A stretch of 64,000 nucleotides of DNA from contig JAQGDQ010001067.1 in assembly GCA_030141605.1 (NCBI GenBank), positions 1 to 64,000 on the forward strand, given 5' to 3'. The position numbers and the translations under genes are program-made. This document shows, one piece after another, positions 11,575 through 26,000 of the stretch (the stretch's first letter is position 1; every line of letters begins with the position of its first letter). Below the pieces are notes generated by a model. The model ran no database searches and was not told the DNA's origin. It saw only the letters and a program-made list of their open reading frames with translations. Origin of the DNA: Tubiluchus corallicola (taxonomy: Eukaryota; Animalia; Priapulida).

Positions 11575-11960
11575 TAAATTTCACTCTCTGGTCACTCTTT
11601 CCATGAAAAAATATTTTCTGAAGTCTAATCTAGCTCTATGATTATAGATATTAAGAGAATGCCCCCTAATTCTGCCTTCATTTGCCAGTGTTAACATTTT
11701 TTCACTTTTTATGCCACCATACCTATGCATAACTTTATTCATTTGTATCAAGTCTCTTCTATGCCTGATCAACTCTAAGGTTGTAAGTGAGCATTTTCTA
11801 AGCCTCTCTTGGTATGACATTTCCTCGATACCTTTAAGCAGGCTGGTCACTGTCACCCTACGCTGTGAAGTGAATTCCATGCTTATATACAATAATATAA
11901 TATGAGTCTTACTAAGCCTTTGTACATTTTTATTTTTGTCGTAAAGTCTTTGGATACAAA
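11575..11960 (-). mobile_element. Decayed CR1-clade LINE ORF2 C-terminal fragment
   Basis: MSYQERLRKCSLTTLE...RRDLIQ...RGHSL...RLDFRKYFF.ERV matches the typical CR1 RT C-terminus. Confidence 0.8.
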
Positions 11961-12337
11961 CTGTCTCTTTATCATATCATTCTTAATCGAATCAGTCCAA
12001 AGATCACATTGATAAATTTAAATCCAATTTCAATTTCATTTTATTGCACAAATACAATAGCGTATCATGGCAAAAAATTAAAATAACAAATAAAGTTAAA
12101 GTACAAGAACAATTTCAAAATATAACAAATACAATTATGCAATGATGCAAAAACATGAGTTTTACAATTTACTTAAATAGGCTACTTAAATCTTATGAAA
12201 TTTATCACCACATTGAATTGAACATACCTTCAAGGCAAAAAAGTTTGGCAGGGCAGTGTACAGTCTTGCTTCTTCTACACAAAATCTTATATACGCCCTG
12301 TTTGGCGTACACTATAAAACTAAGTAAAAAGCAAATG

Positions 12338-13071
12338 GGAGCTATTACACTTTCGCACCGCCTAGCTTTTTATAGGTTATTACTCGTTTTTAGGCTCGTA
12401 AGTCATCATTCTATTATTCTTACGTCATCAGTGAATGTTTCCGCTAATCTAATTGTAATTTAATGATATATTTAGGTATAATTACCAATAATTACGCTGT
12501 ATTCACAGTTCTACGCCTATACAGGGCGTATCGCCATCTTGTTTGTGTGTAGTCACGTGACGAATTTCGTACTAGTTTATGCATTATCAGGGCCTAGCTT
12601 AAAAGCACGTGACACACTTTCATCTTCACCGCATTTACGAAATAAAGAAAAAACCTTTACTTTTTTTATAATCTAATAGTAATAATACTACAGTAATAAA
12701 TAAAATTAATGATAAATAACTGCAGTGGTCTAAAATGATTTCCCGCGATACGATACAAACTCCCGTAGCTGCAACCCTAATAATCATAAATTATGCGAAG
12801 AAACTAAAAATACAGGTTAAGGGTCACATACGTCACTGCGCGAGAGCGATTGCGCATTAGTGGTGTAAACACGGTTATTCACTTTGCAGCTTTTAATGGC
12901 GGCGGTGGGTAAGTAATGCATGATTTTAATCCGGGCTTATAAAGCGTACAAAGCAATAATATTATGGGAATATGGTGTATATTACGCCTGTTGGTCTGCG
13001 TTCTGGCCTGCAGGCGTGAAAAGAACCAATAGGCCAGGAAAAGCTAGGCGGTGCGAAAGTGTAATAGCGCC
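12338..13071. mobile_element. Non-autonomous DNA transposon, Merlin-like (734 bp)
   Basis: ~33-bp TIR GG(A/C)GCTATTACACTTTCGCACCGCCTAGCTTTT; flanks AGCAAATG (12330-12337) and GGCAAATG (13072-13079) form an 8-bp TSD with one mismatch. Confidence 0.8.
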
Positions 13072-13744
13072 GGCAAATGTCCTGTAATACAACACAACAA
13101 CATGGGTATTCGAAGCTAGAGAAGTTCTATTCATTCCGGAACCTTGCAAGGCTAAGCAGTAAGTGGGCCAGGCTAATAACAAACAAGGACCAAAGAATGA
13201 CCAAAAGATAAGTTTAACAAGTGATCCATAAATTCCATAATATATATATTCTATCACGTAATTCTCGACTTACGTCCCTGACAACAGACATATTTAAAAT
13301 GAAAAACACCAACGTTGAAAAGTCGTCGTCAAAGTCGTTTGCGTGCTTATGCTTTTGGTTTTAATCCTGGCAGTCTGTACTTGGTCTTGTTGATGCTAGG
13401 CACTCTCCTAGACTCCTATCCGCTGATACAGCCCAAATGTATCAACCCTCGAATCTAGAGTTGTATTTGTTAAATATCTTTGCAGGATGTCCGTATACAC
13501 CAATGGCAATGGTTTACCCCTTGTGGAAAAAGTGTCAAAATGAAGCAAATGTCTGACAATGTTTGTAATCTTCTTCGTAAGCTAGAACTAAAAGTCACCA
13601 ATATCAGTTCAAACTAGAGAAAGAGCTGCACACTGTATGTTAGTTTACACATTAGCCGTAAAAATTCATTAATTTTAATTCAGCATTACAATTATTATTA
13701 TTATTATTATAGTAAGTTTTTGCTGATACTAATATTCTGTTTGT

Positions 13745-13790
13745 AATGATGATGATGATGCTGATGATGATGATGATGATGATGATGCAT
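13745..13790. repeat. (GAT)n microsatellite
   Basis: Visible directly in the sequence. Confidence 0.85.
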
Positions 13791-14367
13791 CAACGTACCA
13801 TAGAATGTTGTTTTAAAAATAATTTATTTAATCACGATGAGTAGTAAAAACAGTCTACTTCTTCAAATAAACTAAAAGACTTACACTGACCATACTAACA
13901 TTTTTCAACAGCATTAATGATGTGATTGAATTAAACAAAATTATAGTAGAGAACGAATTACTTTTAATGTAAAGTAAATGTGAAGCATGAAAAATTAAAA
14001 TTCATACCAAACTACTGAGTATACACTGAAGATAAGAATAACAATGTTTGATTTTAAACTTTCAGCATTTTAACATACTTTTGAATGTTGTGATCACAGA
14101 CTTGCTCTTACCTTTAAAGCTCAAACATGTCTGATATTTATCTTGTATTTCTTTTACTTCAATTTTATTTTATTTTAATTTACGCTCAGTTTACACTCAA
14201 CAGTAATGATATATTCTCATACTCTGAGTTACATGGTAATCAGTTCATTGTGCGATTGTTTTCTTTAATTTAGTGTACCCTTGTGAAATTTTAAAAATGT
14301 ATTATTATTTTTCAGTCTGTTTCAAAAAGTTAATTGTTTACATGAAACGTCATGATCAAATTAATTT

Positions 14368-14430
14368 TAATAATAATAATAATAATAATAATAGTAATAG
14401 TAATAATAATAATAATAATGATGATGATAT
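14368..14430. repeat. (AAT)n/(GAT)n microsatellite
   Basis: Visible directly; may be the tail of an old minus-strand LINE (CRLRLS remnant near 14590-14615). Confidence 0.85.
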
Positions 14431-16454
14431 TGCGTTGAGACAATGGAGAATCTATCATACCTTTAATATTTATATTAAAGCTTCAGCCTCACGGAGTTTC
14501 ATGCCCAACTACGGCACAACATTGAAACTATAGCATGAATGGATTGACACAAAAAGATCCATCTTTTGACTATTGATCAAGGACATGTTCTTAGATAATC
14601 TTAGCCTGCACTAAGTCTTTCAAGTTGTGTTCGTTGGGTTTCAGGTCTGATGCGTTTCTAGCAAATTGGGTCAATTTAACAAATTTAAAAAATCTGCTGA
14701 AACTGAACAATTTATGTTGCTTCTCTTAATAAAAGTCAAAACTGCAGGCCATATAAGATGCATGATCGAAGCTTCTTCAGTAAATTTTGGGAACATGATC
14801 GGCATTATTTCAAGCCTCCATGATTACCTAGATGTAATAATTGCTCTGTGTATGTACAACTACTATATTTTTGTACCCCTCCCCCCATATTGCAACAGGC
14901 TATGTATATAACTTATATCATATGACCCATAAGCTCATTATCTAATAGCTTGGTCAGATTTGGTTATAATAGGATTCTGTTCTTTTAGGTGCTTTAGTCC
15001 AGCTCGTTCTCAGTCTTATAAAATATCCAAGCAAGGCACTATAAACACGTGCAATCCACTGTTTTTGCTAGGTGTTTTGGTAGCTTATTTCATGCTCCAG
15101 GTAATCTTGTTATAAACTTTCCATTCTTAGTCGAGAAGAGACTACTAAATATTAATTGCACCTTCAGTTTTTGCATTCAGTTTATGTGCATGATTTTCGA
15201 AGCATTATGCTGTTATTAGTGCCATTATTGTTTTTTGTTTGTTTGTGATGCTAAAGCTCATTCACCATGTTCTGTTCTGTGACACACTGTATTTGCTCCC
15301 CAGGCATGTTAGCAATATGTTACATCCTGTGCACCTAACTGGCCATTCAATATATATAGTCGATTCTTTTTCTTAATTTATATATTTCAGTCAAACTTGT
15401 TGTTGTTATAAAAATAAAAAAATCTTAACAAGGAACTATGAATTCTCAACAGGTCCTTCTGTCAGCTTACTTTGGCAGTTTTGATGATTTACTTTATAGG
15501 TGTCTAGTGTCCTATGATCTCCATTATTGTGAAGTTTTCATTGATAATTACATTACTACGTGTACCTTAACTCAGCTTGTGTACATGATCTTTGATACAA
15601 GTAACTGTTAACTGTCAGTGCCATTTTGTTTTTTATATGTTGTTATTGTCAGTAAATATTGTCTCACACATCAGATTTCACACTGTCCACTTTCTGGCAC
15701 AACAAAATTTACTCTATAACATTATTCATTCTCCAAGAATGTTTATGATGGTATAGAACTTTAGCTTATCGACTTTCACGTTTACATATAGTCTGTGTCA
15801 CCTATTGTATAGACGTGAATAAAACAGTTACATACAATCACACTGTCAAGATTAGGGGTAAAGTGAATACAATCACAGAAACCTCAAATTTATTGACAAA
15901 GTAATCTCAATTAAAAATTTGAACTTTACATAGGTTAACTGATCCAAGGAAAGTGGACCCCACTAAAATTACATTGGTCGTGTAAAAAAACAGTTACTAT
16001 TTTTTTTCAAGTTTTGCATTTTATTCAACATTTTCGAAGATTTCTTCCTGGGCTTACTTAAAATTGTCTAGGTCTGTGTCAATCAATGTGTTAAACCAGT
16101 AAACGTAAAATGAATAAATAAACATATGAATTTTAGAATTCTGCCTGCCTAATGTCTACGAATGGACAGGGATTTGGCCGCACGACGATTATGATAATGA
16201 TTAGCCATAGATTACGTAGTTATATTATTATAATGCATACAGCCTAAGCTTGCAGAATAATACAAACCTGTAGTGGTAGTCTAGTAGTACAGGTTTTCCC
16301 TTTGCTAATGACGTAACAATCGATATAATCAAGTGACTGAGTGGTGAATGTAGTTTAATTCGTTTGGCCTTACAATTTCGTCTGTGATTTCATTATATTA
16401 AAGCTAACTAATTAATAATGGCGAAACCTCAATTTTTGTTTATGTTTACAATTA

Positions 16455-18398
16455 AATTCAATTTATTTATTGACTCCGCAAGAATGATCAAAATACAGTG
16501 GCAGGAATACATGCAATATTTCGAAGCAAAGGAGATGGGCAGCGAAGAACCCGTAGGTTATCTAGTCAGCCACCCTTAAATAGCTATGATTAAATAAAAT
16601 TAATTATGGCATCGTTCACAATTTAAAATTGTATTAGGTTGATGTGTGTAATTGGCAATTAAATTTTTGGTATCGTAATACTGTAGAACATAATAATTTA
16701 AATAAAGAAAGATTTACAGTTCTAAAATACTGTGGATCATGCGAAGCAAACACAATAAAAATAACTTAAGATTTTTAACAACAGAAAATGCATAATTTGA
16801 GCATTAACTAAAAAATCCGGCAAAAAACAAAAAACAGTAGAATGATCAACCAAAGCTGTCGAGAAAAAATATAATAAATTAAACCAATGAAAAATAGGGC
16901 AAATATAAATCATACAAAACAAAACAAAAAACAGAAGCAAATAAGAGAAAACAAAACTGAAATGTTGTAATAATAACATCAATGACTGAAGTTGTCGAGA
17001 AAGAAAATATAATAAAATAAACCATCGAAAAACTATATCAACTGTAAATCAGACAAAATGAAATCAAAATATAGCAAAAACTTAAACAAAAACTTAAAGT
17101 GTCGTAGCAATGAAAAAATATGTATAGGTATTACAAGGGCATAAGTAAAATGTCTCATTCATTTGTATCCTGCGATAAGTTGTTTTTTATAGTTTGGAAT
17201 TAACTTTTTGTAGTTACTTGATTTTAACTGGTCTGATAATGAATTCCACAGCAAAGATCCTTGGTGTTTTAAAGAATTCTGGCCTTTAGATGAGTTAAAT
17301 CTTTCAATAAAATAAGATTGGGTGGTAGCAAACCTAGTAGAATGTTGATGCATGTAACATGCTAAAGTATAATAATTGCTGAAGAGATCCGGAAGTGAAT
17401 TATTTTTGAATTTATATACAAACTTGAGCAATTCTAATTTATACAGATCATATACTTTTAGTAAATTTAATTGCAAATACAAAGGTGTTACATGTTCCCT
17501 TTTACTAGTAAATGTTATAAGTTTGATAATCTTATTTTGTTTAGAAACCAATGATTTTAAGACTGATGCTGAAGCACTACCCCAGGCGAGAATGCCATAA
17601 CTCAGATATGGCATGACAAGAGAAGAATATAAGAGCCGTAGTGCATCTACATTTATGTAGTGTCGTATTCTAGCTAATACACCACTTAATTTGCTAATTT
17701 TGTTGACTATATGCTGTACATGTGTTTTCCAAGTAATGCTACTATCTATAAATATGCCAAGATATTTGATTTCTTGGGTAGATTGAATATTACAACCTCC
17801 CATATTTATGTTTAAACTATTGTTATGTTGCTTGTTTCCACTTAACATATATTTTGTTTTTTTATAATTTATCGATAGCTTATTTGCTTGCATCCATTTA
17901 TTAATATTGTCCAGTTCCACATTTACTGAATGTTCTAATGTTTTGATATTTTGGTGTGATAAAAATAAGTTTGTATCGTCTGCAAACAATCTGGTGTTAA
18001 ATTGCGAACAAGATGGCAGATCATTAATATATAAAAGAAATAACAATGGACCCAATGTAGAACCCTGTGGGACACCACAGATTATATCAGCAAGTTTAGA
18101 CTCTGATGAATCAATAGACGTAAACTGTTTCCTATTAGTAAGGTAAGACGTGAAAAGTGCGAGAGGACGTCCCCTGATACCATAGTATGATAACTTATAT
18201 AACAAAATGTCACGTTGAACCGTGTCGAATGCTTTCGATAAATCTAAAAATATAGCACAAGTAGTTTTCCCCTTATCAATATTCGCTAGAAAGTTCTCAA
18301 TTATTTCTGACACAGCTAAAGATGTAGAATGATTTTTTCTGAATCCAAATTGGAATTTAGTTAAAATTTGTTCTTTTAAGAGAAATTTAGCTAGCCTT
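16455..18398 (-). mobile_element. 5'-truncated L2/Crack-clade LINE with an open RT frame (17159-18398) and 3' UTR
   Basis: FGFRKNHST, IFLDLSKAFDTV, GVPQGSTLGPLLFLLYINDL, LFADDT, KYLG; ~700-bp 3' UTR with a stem-loop at 16537-16575 and an AATAAA-containing tail near 16465. Confidence 0.93.
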
Positions 18399-19361
18399 TA
18401 CGTGGTTTAATTTTCTCATTGTCCTGTCTCTGATTATACTTATTGTAATTTTTGTAACGATTGCATTCTGATCATCTTTGTGAAGTCTTCTGACATGGTT
18501 AATACTACAATGCAACTTGATAATATGAATTATTGGTAAATTCAAGTTTTTATCAAATTCTTACTAACTCCGCTTTAACGTCTTTCACCATGTATTGTTC
18601 ATTCCTGTATTTACCTCTTGAAGACCATGCCCCATTCCTTTAGCCAGTTCATGCTACTGCCAGGTAAAGGCCACATTACATGACCTAAATTATTTCTAAA
18701 ATTTAATTAGCAATGTGCAATATAAAGTCAAATATTGGCCTATGAAGATGCTCTAGCAGTCTAATCTGTTTTAAATAAAGTGATGGAACTTACTGATCAT
18801 GTAGTAATGGTAGTTTGAATGGCACATATAATTACATTGACATTTCATCTTTTTAGATAGAAATATAGTTAGAAACAATGTTTATGTTATAAAATTATCA
18901 CATTTTCAATTTTTGCTTGTTTTACTGAGCATGTTTCTGTTATATAACTTATTATGGTTTTTTTATGACTCGGAACAATGTATAGTAGTGATTGTGGGAA
19001 AAATTGTCAACTGTAACAGAGTGATGTTCCAGGAACTAGCTCTATTTTCCTGTGACCATAGCATAGCAGCAGTGCACAACATGCCATACGTTCCTTGCCT
19101 GTGCAATGCTATAAGCTAAGTAACGTCTGCATTTTGCTCTAGTGAAGGTGCAGCCAGCAGACTGCCAAAACTTTCTAAACTATTACACATATAAACAAAT
19201 GACTTTTGTGTCATATTCAAGACTGCCAACAATAACTGACTATCAGCAAAGTCATGGTTTGAAAAGGTAGCTAAGTTATTTTAAAAGAAAAAAATTAAAG
19301 TAAAAAATTTGTGAAAGAGAGGTACATTAATGAACAACATGACTGAGAGGCATTCATGCTA

Positions 19362-19756
19362 TAGTAGGTGCTGCTTAATAGACTCACTGTGGGACGAAGT
19401 GTTTTGACCCAATTAACCGACTGAACCGAGTTAATTGCAATGGAACGGCGGGTCAAAGGAAACCCTTAGGCTAGCATATTAGCCTATGATAAACGTTCCT
19501 GCTTATAAACAAAACGGTACTTAACATGATTGTTTCTATGTATATTATAGGACAAAAGCAAACTAAGATGATATAAAAGTCACAGAAGCTTATTAGTCTC
19601 ACAAAAATGTCTTATTGAAGCATGTGAAGCAAAAATACTGAGTCAATTATGCAGAGTTATTTGGGTTAATTACCGACAGTTTTTATGTACATATGTTTTT
19701 AAGACAATTAAGCAATTGAGTCTATTAACCGTGAGTGTATTAAGCGGTGCCTACTG
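19362..19756. mobile_element. Tc1/pogo-type MITE
   Basis: Degenerate TIRs TAGTAGGTGCTGCTTAATA and TATTAAGCGGTGCCTACTG, each flanked by TA. Confidence 0.75.
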
Positions 19757-20086
19757 TATCTTAATAGCTTCTTACTGTTGTGTAGCTTAGTCTTATCATC
19801 AGGTTTAAAGCATTTCAACTCTAAAACATAACTTTGTAATTTCTAAAGTTCTTTTCATAAACTGTAAAATTATTTACACTTGTCAATCAATTTCTGAAAC
19901 TATCAGGCCTATTAGTTACTAGGCATTAATGTACTGGAGCAATATCCTGTCTCAGCTGGTATGGTACTTTAACTGCTGATGACTACGATTGTTTTGACAG
20001 CAATGCAACTATAAACTGAGTAATGTAGCCTGTGTTTTTTTCTTTTTTTTGTAGGATTCTGTTAAACAAGAATAATAACAGGCAAG

Positions 20087-23000
20087 ATGAATAACACACC
20101 GCTGGTTCCCTTCAAAGCTAAGATAGCTGAAGAATCTTTGAAAGAAGAAGAGGAACACAGAGTGCACACGTTGTTTGAATTGTCTAATTTCCAACGTGAG
20201 AAGCTGACATTCTATTATAACATGCTAGGTAATATCGTAATATTTAGTTTTCCTGTTGTTGCTTGTGGCCATGTGAACTACTGCATTTGGTGTTTACATA
20301 GAAAGCATTTTCTTGTATAAGCTTCACAGGTTCATGAGTGAAATTAAAGAAATGCAAAATGATCGTAGCATTCCATTCTACAAGGTGCTCACCAAAATAC
20401 AAACTTCGGAACAGCTACTCGATACAGTAAGTCCTCGCTTAACGACTCCCTGTTTAGCGACATTTCGTTTTAATGACGCTGAAGATTTGACACCCTTTTT
20501 CAGTTAATGATGCACTGTTTAATTTTAATAATGATTTCAAATAAGTATTGCATTATTCTGTTCTAAAAACGCACTAGTAAAGTAAGCAGCGCAATTATTA
20601 TACAAGTATACATTTTTGCTTCCTGTCTGACCACTAAATGCTAGCCATTTGTATCAAGAGAGACCTGGGAGCAAACTTATGAAAGGAATTTTGCCTGCAA
20701 CCTACTGCTATAGTATCCAGATTAGATAAAACTCCCAAGGCCGCCCAGCACTTGACTTTGACTCTGCTTCACTGTTTATTGTTTAACCGCTGCCTACACT
20801 TAAATGTTAACGAAAGAGAAATCGCTATAGCTAGGTAAGTTAGATATATAGGTGGTTTCAAGCAGGCAGAAAGAACTTAATCAGTTGAAATATGAACGAA
20901 AATCTTTAATTTATGTGATTTAAGCAGCACTGATTTTTGCCTCAGGAACGTATCTCAGTTCTTTTACATTACTTTCTGTGGAAGTTTAGGCTTGTTTAAC
21001 AACATTTCCAAAAGTGGCCGTGGCATTACACTTGTAATCCAAAGGTGACGAGTTCAAATCTAGATCCAGTCACAATTTTCTTCCTTTCAGTTAACTTTGG
21101 TTTACAAAAATGGCAAATGTGGATTTGCTCCATCAGTAATTCATAATCTTGAATAAAAATTTAAGATTATATATCTGTTTCATTTGTCTTCATATAACAT
21201 ATACCATATAAACTTAGATTTAGGCTTTAAAAGCTGGGAACCATCACATAGTGGCACTGCCTAAGAACTGTAGATGGATGTGGCACGACCAGAATCTACC
21301 TAATTATCAAATATAATCTTCAAAGCAAAGGTGTTTCGGCCTGTTCAGATGTGCATTCCCCCCCCCCCCTTCGACAAGGCAAACAGCCATAGGAACAAAC
21401 AAGCCGTGAAACGAACAAGTTTTGACTCTGACAGTACGGACACCCATCCATTTATTGACTAGTCGCTAAATACACACATTGACCACTTGGCTATTCACTT
21501 TGCCCCATTATTAATTGATGACACTTAAGTGCTGGTTTAGCATTGTAATTTGATACTATAACAGATACTACATCACTTTACCTGTTCGGCAACCGCTAAC
21601 GTATCAAACTTTGCAGATCAAGATAACGATGGAGAATTCTCTCTAGAGGATGCGAAATCCTTAATTCAGGTGATTGTTTATCATCTTCTTGGATTTCAAT
21701 AACAGTACAGTACCTCTGATTTTTTTTCTACATTTCATATCATGTATGAAACTTTTCTTGAAATAGATTTTAAATATTGGAGGTCTGTAAAAATGTGCTG
21801 TTGAATGTAGCTATGTGAATAGGAAGCAAAAGCAGTATAAGTAGAATAGTAATATTGTGTGGTTGAAAAAGCATGTCAAGTAATTGACTTCATTTTTTTT
21901 TAGAAAATGGTCAAATTCGCTTATGTTGCTACACAGACGGAAATGTATGCTCACATAGAAGATATCACAATCAATTTTCGTGAGAGTTTAGTTGACAAGT
22001 GTGGAAAAGAAGGTGAAAGTTAAAATATGGTCTGTTGCGCATTAAAAAAAGCATTGTGTAGAATGAGAATCAAGTAACTGAAGTGCTGTAATTTAATATA
22101 ATCTTTGCTCAGTACAGACCTGTATTAAAATTCAAAAGTAACGATTCTCGTTCGAAATTTTCAAATGTTTACCCATTTGGTCTGTAATCCATATTTTGAA
22201 AAATGTTCAGAATTTGATGTGTTTATTTAAAAATTTTAGTCTAAATAGAGAATTACAACAAAGTGTATTTAAATCTGACATTGGGGCTGCTGTTATGGTA
22301 AACTACAGTTATTTGGTTACATGCAATTGATGTATGCTTAACATGCTTTGATGAATTATCGTGAAACTGGAACTTTGTAAAAACCCGGCGTTATATCTGT
22401 GAGTGACTTTAACCCGTAAATTCATTTAGTAAGGCTGTTAAACATAGAACTGGAACAAAATTTTAGAACAGACCGATTTATTTTTTTACTAAAATAGACA
22501 TTGGGCTGGAAGATTGGTTAGATGTATGGGCAGTAATCATGAGACGATGCATGGCTATCTCGGATTTTCCTTATTGGGTGCAACTATTTTGCAAGCTTCT
22601 TTTTGAAGTCATTGATAAAGACAGTAAGTGACTATATGCACATAAGAAGGTAAAATAGATAAAAGTGGTAGTAGAGCATTAAGTATGTAACAAAACTTTG
22701 CATATCTTACTTGATCAGTACAGGAATATAAATGAAATTATCAGTATTTACATTTTTGTATGTATCTCAAATGTTTGTGAGATATATGTTTTTGAGAATG
22801 TGTTTGATAAATCTGGCAATTCTTAAAGCCAGATTTCCTATGTTGCTGTAATTATTTTACTTGCAGCACATTCAAGTACAAGAATATTTTATTTGCAATA
22901 TGTGTTTGTACAAAGTTGCTTTATGCTAGTCTATATCTATAGATAATTAATGGATTACACTTTAATCAAAATGCATATATTTTTCCATTAGCCAATGCTG

Positions 23001-26000
23001 CGATCATATGTGTCCTGAAATAATTTGAATGCAGGTACTGTTCGCACACGTAGAATGCGTAACAATTTGTTTGATGAAAAATAATTGGTTGTGAAGCACT
23101 TGGCTTGATGAAAAATAGTGAATACTGCAGTACTTAGTTTGATAAAAAAACAATGAATAGCATGCAACACTTAGTTTGGTGAAAACAGTGAATAGCATGC
23201 AACACTTGGTTTGGTGAAAAACAATGAATAGCATGCAGGACTTAGCTAAGCTAGCTTGATGAAAAACAATGAATAGCATGCAGCACTTGGCTTGCTGAAA
23301 AACAGTGAATAGCATGTATCACATGGCTTGCTGAAAACAATGAATAGCATGCAACACTTGGCTTGCTGAAAAACAATGAATAGCATGTAGCATGTGGCTT
23401 GCTGAAAAACAGTGAATAGCATGTATCACATGGCTTGCTGAAAACAATGAATAGCATGCAACACTTGGCTTGCTGAAAAACAATGAATAGCATGCAACAC
23501 TTAGTTTGATGAAAAACAATGAATAGCATGCAACACTTAGTTTGATGAAAAACAATGAATAGCATGTAGCATGTGGCTTGCTGAAAAACAATGAATAGCA
23601 TGCTACACTTGGTTTGCTGAAAAACAATGAATAGCATGCAACACTTGGTTTGGTGAAAAACAATGAATAGCATGCAGGACTTAGCTAAGCTAGCTTGATG
23701 AAAAACAATGAACAGCATTCAGCACTTAGCTTGCTAAAGAACAGTGAATAGTGTACACCACTTAGCTAGATGAAAAACAGTCAAGAATGCACAGCACATT
23801 ACTTGATAGAAAACAGTCAACAGTGTACAGCACTTTGTCTTTTATGTCCTTTATGTCAACTTTATTTGTCACGCTGTTTTATTTGACAATTTGTCACTTG
23901 TTATTTATTATTTTATAAGAGACGGCAATATCAAAACAAGATATGCATTATTGTGATGACACTTAGTTGATACTGGTAACTGATATTCTTATGGTTTTAG
24001 GAGATGCAGAAATTTCAAAACAAGAGCTGTGTGATTATTATGCTAATTTTATTGGTATGGACCCTGAACATGTTAAGGCTCAAACAGAAAAAGGGTATCG
24101 GAGTATGACCGCTGTAAGTAAATTTGCAATGTATTTCATTAATTATCATTATTTCATAAGTTTAATTACTGACGGTAAATTGTGCCTTCAATCCTGTGTT
24201 TCATTACAAAAATACTATAGTATAATCCACTTATAATGAGGCCTGTTATAACGAGTCTTTGGTTATTATGAGGAAATTTCAAAGTCCCATCACATCTTAG
24301 GCCTAAATATATTTTAACCTTGGTTACAGTGAGCTCCGATAGTACGAGATTTTGCTTATTATGAGGGGATTTTCCAGCCCCATGATTGTATTTACTCTGC
24401 ATATAATAAGCGCAACTTCTAAAACAATGGTTCACCAAGGGCAAAAAGATCACGTTGTACTGTGATGGTTGATTTATTGATTGCGTTGATAAAACAATGT
24501 TATGTATGTCAAGTACAGCACAATCATGTAGATCTGCTGGTCAGTCAGCTCAGCAGCTACAAGTGCTGCTGCACACACTACAGTTCAGAATGAAGCACAA
24601 TGATTCAGACAGAAAAACAACCAGTTTATCAACACGTTAAGAAGTTACTAGGCGACAGTAAACTTGACAGCTCCTTGAATAAAGTGACGCAATTTAATGT
24701 GAAGCAGGTATAATAAGGAGTTTTTTTTAAATAAATTGTTCTGCTTTGTAAAACAAATAATTCAGTGACTTTCAGTTTAATTTTTAATAAAAGTGCTATT
24801 TTAAATAAATACAATGATTTTACTTTAAATGGTACTTAGGTTGTTTAGAGTGTAGATTTAGTTATTAAGCTCCATGCTGAAATGCTCAACAGTTATACCT
24901 CGCCTGCACAGCTATTTAAAAGCCAGTCATATTTTCCACCTACGCAGACATCCAGGGGTCTTGTGTGAGCATCGTATATTTTGGTGGTATATGTATGGGT
25001 ATATAACCGACGAGGCTACAGCTCCAATGACGTCATCATTTTCGGCAATCTATCCACCAAATGAAAGGTCTAGACCCACAGATTTGACATTGGGGGTTTA
25101 TTTTTCGAATCAGACCCACTGGGAGGAGGGGGGGGGCAAAAAACCTCCAAAAATGCCCTTTTTGACCGTTTTTTGCAAAAATTTGCAAAACTTATACCTC
25201 TTTTTTCTGGAGAATGGGATTAGACCGGAGACCAGGGACGGTGCTGATAATAGTTAGATAGCCCGTTCAATGGTTGGTGTTATAATCATATTTAGAATTC
25301 GCGGGAGGGCCACGGCGTCCTTTAACAGGCATTTTCCCGGACCCAACCACGCAAATTTTGCAAGAAACTGCTCAAACAGCCTCTAGAAAAATTCAATTTG
25401 TGCAACTGTCTGGGTATGTTGGGAAAAAATAAGCACGCCAGCAGAAAGAGGACGAAACGGTTTCAGCAAGAGAGATGTCCAACAAACGAAATGGGAAGAG
25501 TGTATTTCGAAGTTCTTTTTCTACCCCGTGCTGCACGCTATTTGAAACATCCTTTGTCTTTGAGTATGAGAAATTTCGTGGCTGTTCCATGCATTGTTGT
25601 CACCCACTGTTCTGCAGTGTTAGAGACTGTACACGTAAGTTATACCTGTTAGCCTTTTATCATCAGAGAAGCAGCAGTAACCAAAACTATGTAGAATGTC
25701 TGTGCATTGCTAATCATAGGTGGATAGTCTAAGAGCATTTATTATATAGCACACAGTTTCAAGTTTGTGCAAAACGTTTTGCATTGTTTTGCTATGATGC
25801 TGCACTGTTGGTATTGTAGGTGTCATCGTCGTTGTCATCATTAGCACCATCATGATCGTTATGTGGCATGGTGGATTTCGTGTTGTATGGTACAGTGTAG
25901 TGGGTGCAGTGAGTGTGCTGTGGTATGGTGTGGGTGGTGTAGTGTGGTGGGTGTGATATGCTGTGTTGGAGGTGGTGTGGTGTTGTGTTGTGGTATGGTG

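Noticed and set aside
21012-21075. tRNA gene (also a T-arm-like piece at 43500-43530)
   Set aside because: Only box-like motifs; acceptor and D stems cannot be folded, so SINE remnants at most.
23004-23718. Cys-rich repetitive ORFs / CRISPR-like 36-bp periodicity
   Set aside because: Head-to-tail minisatellite with no unique spacers, inside a spliceosomal intron, with no cas genes.
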